Positions 44,872 through 52,551 of a stretch of 64,000 bases of DNA are shown here, one piece after another. Source of the DNA: a bacterium (GTDB taxonomy: Bacteria; Chlamydiota; Chlamydiia; Chlamydiales; 2-12-FULL-49-11); contig JAJZEO010000016.1 of the NCBI GenBank assembly GCA_021847505.1, positions 12,177 through 76,176 of the forward strand, in the 5' to 3' direction. The translations under genes and the position numbers were made by a program. The notes under the pieces were generated by a model. It was not told the origin of the DNA, did not search any database, and saw nothing but the letters and a program-made list of their open reading frames with translations. The stretch's first letter is position 1. The number at the start of each line of letters is the position of its first letter.

Positions 44872-46790
44872 GGGGCCTCATCAAAGGGGGATTGAAGGGA
44901 TCTTGTTTGTGCTTCCTTTGTGACCGCGCTAAAGAAATGGTCCAGAGAGAGGTCTTGGTGCTTTGCCCCTAGCCTAGTCCTAAGAGAAACAGTTTTCTTC
45001 TCACACTCCTCATCGCCCAAGGTAATCATATAATTGACTTGTTCAATTTGGGCTAATCGGATCTTTTTACTTACAGACTCGTTGGTGCTGTCAATATCGC
45101 AGAGAAGGCCATGATTTTCGCATGCCTCCTTGATCACCTCCGCAAAGGGGAGATGCCTGTCGGCGACAGTAACGATTCGGATCTGCCTTGGGCTAAGCCA
45201 TAGGGGGAATCGGCCAGCAAAATGTTCGATAATGATCGCTAAAAAACGCTCCAAAGAACCATACAAAGCGCGGTGGATCATGATCGGTCGTTTTGGAGTT
45301 CCATCAGATGAGGTATATTCTAGGTTGAATCTCTCAGGAAGCGACATATCGAGTTGGATTGTTCCACATTGCCACGATCTACCAATGGTATCCCTTACGT
45401 GAATGTCGATCTTGGGTCCATAAAAAGCACCATCTCCTTCATTGATACGGTACTCTTTCCCCCAATGATCAAGAGCGGCTTTGAGAGCCTTTGTAGTCAT
45501 TTCCCAATCTTCATCGGAACCAATGGTGTTTTTCTCAGGTCTTGTGGATAATTCAAGGTTAAACTGAAGACCATAGGGAGCGTAAAGTTCGGTCACGAGA
45601 TTCAAAACTCCCAAGATTTCCGATTCAATGTCTTCGGGCTTCATGAAAATGTGGGCATCATCTTGGTGGAAACAACGAACGCGAAGGAGGCCAGAAAGAG
45701 AGCCTGACATTTCATGTCTATGCACATTGCCTACCTCTCCCACGCGCATAGGTAGATCGCGGTAGCTATGCTTATTCGAAGCAAAGAAAAGCATACATGC
45801 AGGGCAATTCATTGGCTTAATCGCATAAGTGCGTTCGTCAATCTCACTCAAGTACATGTTTTGACGATAATTGGCCCAGTGACCTGATTGTTCCCAAAGA
45901 GAGCGGTCCATCATAATGGGCGACTTAATCTCTGTGTAACCAGCCTTGCGGTGAAGCTCACGCCAAAAGTCGAGCATCTTGTTCCAAATGATCATTCCAT
46001 GCGGCTCGATTAAAGGCATACCAGGAGCCACATCAAAAAAACGGAACAAACCGAGCTTTTGGCCCAGTACACGATGATCTCGTTTTTTTGCTTCTTCGAG
46101 AAGATCAAGATATTCTTTCAGCATCTTTCTGTCAGGAAATGAAATGGCATAAACACGAGTGAGCGATTCTCTTTCCTGATCGCCGCGCCAGTAAGCAGCG
46201 GATGTTTTCATGCATTTGAATGCTTTGATTTTCCCAATGTTTGTCAAGTGGGGGCCACGACAAAGATCGAAATACTCGCCTTGCTGATATCCAGTGATGG
46301 GAGAACCCTCTTCAAATTCTTTGATCAATTCGAGTTTAAACGGATTTGCTGTAAAGGATTTCTCTGCTTCTTTCTTAGTGGCGAACTGCTTTCTTTGGGG
46401 CTTATAATTTTCTTTAATGATAGCCTGCACCTCTTTTTCAATCGCTTCGAAATCGGCCTCGCTAAGAGAGAGATTGGCAAAATCGTAGTAAAATCCTTGG
46501 TCAATAGGAGGGCCAATCGTCGGTTTTGCATCAGGGTAGAGGCGTAAAATCGCTTGAGCCAGTACGTGGGCAGACGTGTGCCAAAAAACTTCTTTTCCTT
46601 CTTTATCGGCAAATGAATGGATTTCGATAATGTCTCCCGACTTGAGAGGGGCGGAAAAATCTTTAGGTTCTCCATTGACGAAGAGGGCGCAAGCCTCCTC
46701 CGGAGCACGTAAATTTAACTTTTCTATCAAGTCGAGCCCTGACATTCCTTCAGAGACTTCGACTTCTTTTTCATTACATGTTATCATCAT
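44868..46790 (-). CDS. thrS: Threonine--tRNA ligase
   Basis: 640 aa. TGS domain at the N-terminus, 'FWHTSAHVLAQA' editing-domain motif, class II core 'FRVRCFHQDDAHIF' and 'GPKID', and a C-terminal anticodon-binding domain. Confidence 0.97.
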   Translation of the reverse strand: MMITCNEKEVEVSEGMSGLDLIEKLNLRAPEEACALFVNGEPKDFSAPLKSGDIIEIHSFADKEGKEVFWHTSAHVLAQAILRLYPDAKPTIGPPIDQGFYYDFANLSLSEADFEAIEKEVQAIIKENYKPQRKQFATKKEAEKSFTANPFKLELIKEFEEGSPITGYQQGEYFDLCRGPHLTNIGKIKAFKCMKTSAAYWRGDQERESLTRVYAISFPDRKMLKEYLDLLEEAKKRDHRVLGQKLGLFRFFDVAPGMPLIEPHGMIIWNKMLDFWRELHRKAGYTEIKSPIMMDRSLWEQSGHWANYRQNMYLSEIDERTYAIKPMNCPACMLFFASNKHSYRDLPMRVGEVGNVHRHEMSGSLSGLLRVRCFHQDDAHIFMKPEDIESEILGVLNLVTELYAPYGLQFNLELSTRPEKNTIGSDEDWEMTTKALKAALDHWGKEYRINEGDGAFYGPKIDIHVRDTIGRSWQCGTIQLDMSLPERFNLEYTSSDGTPKRPIMIHRALYGSLERFLAIIIEHFAGRFPLWLSPRQIRIVTVADRHLPFAEVIKEACENHGLLCDIDSTNESVSKKIRLAQIEQVNYMITLGDEECEKKTVSLRTRLGAKHQDLSLDHFFSAVTKEAQTRSLQSPFDEAP

Positions 46791-46818
46791 TTTAAAAGGG
46801 CAATAAAATTAAAAGTTC

Positions 46819-48987
46819 ATGGACGTTCTAAGGATATCAGAAGAGAGGATGGTTTGCAAGCAAACCATTGAAGCGGGCATTTGCGACCTAGACCAAGTCG
46901 TATGTATGAGGCGAGCGAAGCTCCTCGCCGAAGGATTAATAGATGGAAAGGGAGAGTTTGATCTTGAAACAGGCAGACATTATCAAAATACGCTAAAACT
47001 CCCAGACTCGACCTATCTTCAAACTTGGTTTTCTGCGCATGTAAAAAATGTCCTCGCACTATTTATCGAAAGCCCCCACGCAAGGCTGCGTCTTAAGCAA
47101 CTCTCATTGCCGCTTTCTAACCGCTACATAGAATCCCTTATCGAATGGACCGTAAATAAGAAGCCTGAAAAGCGGGAACTCTCCGTGGCGCTACTTATGG
47201 CCCTATTGTCCCCACTTAGGCAGAGTGTTGGTTCCTGCTTTGCAACAGCCCCCTTGATGATTGTCCAATACGAGCAGCCCTACGTCCTATTTGAAGAATT
47301 GTATAACATTGTTACACGTGGAAGTTTGAGACGGATCATCGATGGTAAAGAAGTTAGAGTGCCGCTTAGCATCAAAACGGGGCCTGGTGATACCCTTCAT
47401 TTGATGGGACCTTACAGCCACCTAGACCCCTCACTCATCGAAGCTCTTGGGAAAAAAGCCCCCCCTGCTCTTCCCGGGGAAAATGTGAAACGTTACATCT
47501 CTCGGGTGGCAGAAAATCCTCTTGTTGCCGAGGAAAAATTTAAAGGGCAAACTCAATCACTTTTGCTTAAGGCTTATGAGTTTGCTGCAGCATCCCTTTC
47601 AGACTGGAAAACCGAGTTTTCCCAGTGGAATATGTATACGTCTCTAGGTCTTGATCCCAAGCAAGAAGGGGGATTGGGGGAATTGATTGTACAATTTCTC
47701 GAAGAGCTTATCGGAGAAGTCAATCAAAAGGTCGAGCATCTTCAAGACGACTTAGCGATCACAGAGCAGCAAATCATCGATCTTGAAACCATCCTTTCGA
47801 ATGCGGATGATCCAGACAGAATCAGGCGATTGAGAGGGGAGATCCAAGTCAAGGCTCACCACCTCTATCTTAGTCAAGAAACGATTCGGGAAGAGGTGGA
47901 ACGGGGAAAAAAGATCAATGTATTTTATAATTTCCTGATGGATGAATTAATGAGGCTCATCCCCGAATATTTTCAAGAAGTGTTCGATCCTGAAATGATC
48001 TCGGATCAAGGAGAGGTGTTGCAAGACCGCCCGGCAGGTTTTCGCCTCCTCTACAAATATGGACGCAGAGAGCCCTCTCTTTGGACGATGATTTACTCAA
48101 AAGAAGAATACAGCGAGAAACTCGCTGCTTTTTTTCAAGCAATCGAGATGATGCTCATCCAAGGCAGTGATCTAGAAAGGATGGGGGAATTGATCGAAAG
48201 ACTTACCCACAAAGTCAAAGAAGATCGATTCATAGAAAAAGCGATCCTGCGCACAAAGGAGATGCACTTAAAAAGCCTCAGAGAAGGTGGAGAGCGAACT
48301 CCCTGGGCCTACGAATCAGGCGGCTCTGTAGAAGATCTCATCTCGTGTTATTTTCGTATGGTCAATCGCCCTAAAAAATATGAGATGAGACCAAAAACAC
48401 CCCACGATCTTCTCTGTCACCTACTCGAATGGACAAAGGATGCTCCCTATCCATTGACTAGCCGTTTTGATGCCGATCCCATGAGGGGAATCTTAATGAC
48501 CAGTCCCGTTCACGCGTTTCTCTTTAAACCAGGACTTAAGCAATTCCGCAAAGGATGGAATTCCAATACCAACACCTACACCTATGTCCGCGATGAAGTG
48601 GAAGGGAAATTTGAAGAGGCATATCATCAAAATCCCCTCACAGCCGAAGAGATTACACAAATTTCTCAGCTATTTGCATCTTTCGGAATGCCGAGACTTA
48701 GCCACTTCGAAGCTATGCGCGATTGGGCTAGCGAGCAATCGTTCCAAGTACAAACACTCTTTAGCGAAATCATCCTCAATCTTTTTAAAACAAAGTCACT
48801 CGAAATAGATCTTCCCTTTGGGGACACGAATTGGCAATCGGATCTATTCACCTTTGTCATGAGTCCCATTTCTAGAAAGCTAGAGCTATGGCGTAAAAAT
48901 GGACTACGCCTCCAACCGATTCCCTCATGGCAAGGCCACTTTCAAGAAAAGCCGTGGACCCTTTTCATTGAACCACTAGTAACGTAG
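46819..48987 (+). CDS. Large hypothetical protein with papain-like Cys/His/Asn pattern (putative effector)
   Basis: 722 aa with no signal peptide. 'RQSVGSCFATAP' (Cys140) resembles the clan-CA 'Q..GSC[WF]A' nucleophile motif. 'VHAF...GWNSN' places His565 and Asn581 16 residues apart, as in papain. Confidence 0.4.
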   Translation: MDVLRISEERMVCKQTIEAGICDLDQVVCMRRAKLLAEGLIDGKGEFDLETGRHYQNTLKLPDSTYLQTWFSAHVKNVLALFIESPHARLRLKQLSLPLSNRYIESLIEWTVNKKPEKRELSVALLMALLSPLRQSVGSCFATAPLMIVQYEQPYVLFEELYNIVTRGSLRRIIDGKEVRVPLSIKTGPGDTLHLMGPYSHLDPSLIEALGKKAPPALPGENVKRYISRVAENPLVAEEKFKGQTQSLLLKAYEFAAASLSDWKTEFSQWNMYTSLGLDPKQEGGLGELIVQFLEELIGEVNQKVEHLQDDLAITEQQIIDLETILSNADDPDRIRRLRGEIQVKAHHLYLSQETIREEVERGKKINVFYNFLMDELMRLIPEYFQEVFDPEMISDQGEVLQDRPAGFRLLYKYGRREPSLWTMIYSKEEYSEKLAAFFQAIEMMLIQGSDLERMGELIERLTHKVKEDRFIEKAILRTKEMHLKSLREGGERTPWAYESGGSVEDLISCYFRMVNRPKKYEMRPKTPHDLLCHLLEWTKDAPYPLTSRFDADPMRGILMTSPVHAFLFKPGLKQFRKGWNSNTNTYTYVRDEVEGKFEEAYHQNPLTAEEITQISQLFASFGMPRLSHFEAMRDWASEQSFQVQTLFSEIILNLFKTKSLEIDLPFGDTNWQSDLFTFVMSPISRKLELWRKNGLRLQPIPSWQGHFQEKPWTLFIEPLVT

Positions 48988-50199
48988 CCAAAAGCTTCTT
49001 TTGTCACCAGAGGCTTCATGGGGAGGAATGTAAGAGAAAATCTCCCCCTCTTCAGCGAGTTGTGTCATCAGATCATTGAGGAGGGTAAGAGCCATAGTGG
49101 TGAATTCTTGGCGATCGAGAGAGGGGAAATCAATCTGTTCAAGAGCATCTCGAAATGTCGTATGTTTTACGATAATGGTTCGACTAGCAACAAGTGTCGA
49201 TTTTACTGAAGTCTGATTGGTTTCTAGAAGAGAGTTGAGATATTTTTCGAAAATATCATAAATAGGTGCAGCTAGATCAGGCGAAAGATCATACTCTGAC
49301 AAAACATTTTCGATAGCCTTCAACTTTGAGGGACCAAATGAGATAAACGAATGAGTAAGGTTGACCCGAGAAATTCCTTTGGCATGAAGCCAACGAGCAA
49401 AATCGATGTACCCCATTTTTAGAAAGATTTTTCCTTTTTGCCCGGCTTCTTCAAGCGCCTCTTCATCTACATCTTTATCAAGTTTTCTAAGCTCTTCTCT
49501 GATGATATGCAAATGATAGGGAAAGACTCTCGCCAAAAGGGTAAAGGATCGAGGATTTTCACAAAAGTCAATGTCTTCTGTGTCGATAAGGCCAATGTAT
49601 GCTTTGCCATTCTGGAGATAGAAAGGGAAGTTATCATAGCGAACGAGATCTTCTACGTGGGGAATTCTCCCCAGGGGAGCTAGTGTATAGGTAACCCAAT
49701 CTGAAAAGTAGACCTTCGAGCACAATCTTGTCATTTCCCGCACAGGCTGATCAAAAAGTTGTAAGTGAGATAAATAAAGGTTCATATTGTAGTAGTCATC
49801 ATCATCAATTGGAAGTTTGGATTCAGCAATGAATTCCTGCACGACACGAGCTTGGGGAATAACCAAATGAGTAGAACCCTGAGATTGGAGGATTTCTCTC
49901 AAATAAACCATTTTTCTTAAACGCTCGCCAGCATGCCACATACCTGCTTTTTTAAAGACAATAGAACATCCCGCAGGTAGGTAAACAGGGGAACCGCCAG
50001 AGGGAGCCCGTACGACGGTTTCAAGGCCCTGGACTTTCATACTCTCCAAGATTTTCTCTAAGTGCTTTTTTTCACCTCTAGGGATAAAAGGGGAATGCTT
50101 TACAAGACGTCTTCTCCAGCGGCTTTGAATTGTTAAGGCGGCCTCATGACGGTCTATAGGAGCTTTTAAGAAAGGAGGGGAAAAAGAAATAGATGCCAT
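48976..50199 (-). CDS. Hypothetical protein with N-terminal IQ (calmodulin-binding-type) motif
   Basis: 407 aa. 'EAALTIQSRWRRRLVKH' (residues 19-35) fits the IQ consensus [ILV]QxxxRxxxx[RK]. The remainder has a loose kinase-like order (VFKK ... RYDN ... GLIDTED). Confidence 0.45.
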   Translation of the reverse strand: MASISFSPPFLKAPIDRHEAALTIQSRWRRRLVKHSPFIPRGEKKHLEKILESMKVQGLETVVRAPSGGSPVYLPAGCSIVFKKAGMWHAGERLRKMVYLREILQSQGSTHLVIPQARVVQEFIAESKLPIDDDDYYNMNLYLSHLQLFDQPVREMTRLCSKVYFSDWVTYTLAPLGRIPHVEDLVRYDNFPFYLQNGKAYIGLIDTEDIDFCENPRSFTLLARVFPYHLHIIREELRKLDKDVDEEALEEAGQKGKIFLKMGYIDFARWLHAKGISRVNLTHSFISFGPSKLKAIENVLSEYDLSPDLAAPIYDIFEKYLNSLLETNQTSVKSTLVASRTIIVKHTTFRDALEQIDFPSLDRQEFTTMALTLLNDLMTQLAEEGEIFSYIPPHEASGDKRSFWLRY

Positions 50200-50314
50200 A
50201 AATATCGAAATTTATAATTAATAAGGCCAATTATTGTAGTTGTTTCGCTAGTTTTTTGATAGGAAAAAACCTTCAACCCTTCTACAATAACCTCATCTTA
50301 AAAGGAGAGTTTTT

Positions 50315-50767
50315 ATGGATGCTTTAGGACAAAATAGGGGGCTAGGGCTTACTCTTACTGAAACTGTTCAGGAAATTGGAGACACCCTCTTTACGGAATG
50401 GCCAGAGTCCTTTCTGTATACTGCACTCTACATGATTCCTTTTGCAGGAACGGCCATTAAAGTTGTTGATTGGATAAGCCGGCTATGTAATGGCGTTTCT
50501 GGGCTTAAAAGTGAGGCCTCAAAGGGTAGGTTGTTAGAGTTTAGTAGCCAAATGGAAAAGCGGGCGCGTGTCATCACTCGAGAAAAGCAAGCCCAAGATG
50601 TGCTGTATATCGTGGCTAATCTCTTGAACCTTCTCTTCTTTTCTACTATAGTATCGCCCACATTTGAATTAGTGGCCGCGGCCTTAGCGCCCACGTTGGC
50701 GTGCGCTGTTGTAATGCTGGCTCTGGCTCAAAGGAATTACCAGCAACTGATCAAAGAAGCTCGATAG
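50315..50767 (+). CDS. Inc-like membrane protein, family member 1
   Basis: 150 aa with SD AAAGGAGAG upstream. Conserved 'LYMIPFAGTAIKV' motif and a ~45-aa bilobed hydrophobic region (VLYIVANLLNLLFFSTIVSPTFELVAAALAPTLACAVVMLALA). Confidence 0.55.
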   Translation: MDALGQNRGLGLTLTETVQEIGDTLFTEWPESFLYTALYMIPFAGTAIKVVDWISRLCNGVSGLKSEASKGRLLEFSSQMEKRARVITREKQAQDVLYIVANLLNLLFFSTIVSPTFELVAAALAPTLACAVVMLALAQRNYQQLIKEAR

Positions 50768-50852
50768 TAAAAATTTTTTGAATCAAGCAAAAGCCTTTCC
50801 TCTGGATAAATCGGCATAAATTTCTTATAATAGTTCCGAAGGACGGAGAGCT

Positions 50853-51611
50853 ATGGCCGGTTTTATTCAATTTCCCCCCATAAATGCGAATCAAGAGTGT
50901 GATCTCACCGAGCCTTACTTAGCTCAAAATTGGGCTCCTATGGAAGCCATGGAGCCTTATATTTCTCAGTGGTCAGCAAATTTAAAGACTTTGGCCCTAT
51001 ATACGGCACCTTTTGTTGGAACCCTCATTAAAATCAACGATGGAATCATCAATACTGTAAGCCTTTCGGTCCCACAAAGGACTTATTCCGTAGAAAGAAC
51101 TGTAAAGGAAAAATTTGAAGATTTGGAAGATCGTGTTGGCGAATTGAGAGTTAATGACGGGATTTTTCTTTTTTCTAGGGTCATTCATGCTGTCGCTCTC
51201 TTAATTTTAACCCCGATAAATCCAGAGATTGTCCTTGTGATTTTGTGTGCTGAGCTCTTTTTCACCGGATTGGTGTTTTTATATAGGAAGTTTGTGGCTA
51301 GAGCCGTCACCGATGAGTTATTAAAAACAGAGATGAAGGAAGATGGTCGCTGTTGTAATCTGATCTATAAATTTTCCAATGAAAACCATTTTGACACAAG
51401 ACGCGCAAAAAATCTTTTGACACTCATTAAAGACATTCTTATCAAAGAGAAAAAGCCCACTCCTGGAGGTTTTGAAACGGTATTTACACGTTTGGGTGCT
51501 CTAAAGGATGGGATGATCCCAAGATGCGAAAATTGGCCAAACTCTCATTTAAAAAAATCATTTGATTATATTGAAGCCCGTCTCCTTCAAATTCGTAATA
51601 ATGAATCTTAA
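50853..51611 (+). CDS. Inc-like membrane protein, family member 2
   Basis: 252 aa. 'LYTAPFVGTLIKI' motif and bilobed hydrophobic region (IFLFSRVIHAVALLILTPINPEIVLVILCAELFFTGLVFLY). Confidence 0.55.
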   Translation: MAGFIQFPPINANQECDLTEPYLAQNWAPMEAMEPYISQWSANLKTLALYTAPFVGTLIKINDGIINTVSLSVPQRTYSVERTVKEKFEDLEDRVGELRVNDGIFLFSRVIHAVALLILTPINPEIVLVILCAELFFTGLVFLYRKFVARAVTDELLKTEMKEDGRCCNLIYKFSNENHFDTRRAKNLLTLIKDILIKEKKPTPGGFETVFTRLGALKDGMIPRCENWPNSHLKKSFDYIEARLLQIRNNES

Positions 51612-51623
51612 TTGGTGACACAT

Positions 51624-51661
51624 TTAATTAAGATTTGATATAATAATCAAATCTTAATTAA
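51624..51661. promoter_or_regulatory. Perfect 16-6-16 inverted repeat immediately upstream of ORF 51665
   Basis: Arms ttaattaagatttgat and atcaaatcttaattaa flank the spacer ataata. TATAAT (51639-51644) spans the left arm/spacer junction. The right arm ends 3 nt before the ATG. Confidence 0.6.
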
Positions 51662-51664
51662 GGG

Positions 51665-52549
51665 ATGATCGTGGAAGTCACTTGTATACCCCCCGAGCCG
51701 AGAGAGCCACAGCAGCCTTATCCTCTGCCAAGATGTTGCACTGCCTATTCAGAGCTGAAAGAAGAGTATTCTGCCAATCGGAAAACCCACCTATTACAGT
51801 TTGCGGTCTTTCTTATTCCGATCATAGGAATGCTCTATAAAACCTATGAAGTGGTCTATTCCGCGGATAAGATTAAAGAAATTTCTGACGGCGCCATTAC
51901 CCAAGGCGAGGCTGATCTCAAAGTCAAAAAGGCGATCCGGAACCTTCAGGTGAGCGATTTCTTTTTTGGCATTGCCTCCGAAACCGAGACTTTTATAGCG
52001 GTTGGGTTTGGCTTTTTCTCTCTCCATCTACTTCCCTTTCTCATCATTTCTGTCATCATCAAGACCTGTTTGCTCTATTCTAATAAGGAAGGTCTTTACC
52101 AGGGATACTTGCAACAAATTAAGCAAGTAGAGCTCCCCGAACGCGCTGAGAAGACACAACCATCAACGGGAGAGTTGACTAATGCTGATTGGATTGATGC
52201 AGCGATTAATGGCCTAATCTATTGTATTCCCTACCTTGGCACAAAGATAAGATACGAGAATACTCTTCTTTCTAGAGCTGAGTATATCCATCCGGAGTGT
52301 TCTGGAAAGCGAAGAGAGCATTTGGAACAGATCCGAAATATTCATCGGGTGGCCTCTGTAGCTGCAAAAGCAATTTCGCTTACGATCATTTTCTCTCTTT
52401 GTAGTTTAATGATAGGACATCCTCTGGTCCTTACTGGGATCGCTGTGACTCTCATTGCTTCTGCCTATTTTTCTGGCAAGATCGACATTAAGGAAGTCTA
52501 CGCCAATGATCTCGTAGAGTGGAAGCGGCTTGCCCGTTTAAATAGTTAA
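51665..52549 (+). CDS. Inc-like membrane protein, family member 3 (two tandem modules)
   Basis: 294 aa. The motif occurs twice ('VFLIPIIGMLYKT' and 'IYCIPYLGTKIRY'), and a bilobed hydrophobic region follows each copy. Confidence 0.55.
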   Translation: MIVEVTCIPPEPREPQQPYPLPRCCTAYSELKEEYSANRKTHLLQFAVFLIPIIGMLYKTYEVVYSADKIKEISDGAITQGEADLKVKKAIRNLQVSDFFFGIASETETFIAVGFGFFSLHLLPFLIISVIIKTCLLYSNKEGLYQGYLQQIKQVELPERAEKTQPSTGELTNADWIDAAINGLIYCIPYLGTKIRYENTLLSRAEYIHPECSGKRREHLEQIRNIHRVASVAAKAISLTIIFSLCSLMIGHPLVLTGIAVTLIASAYFSGKIDIKEVYANDLVEWKRLARLNS

Positions 52550-52551
52550 GG

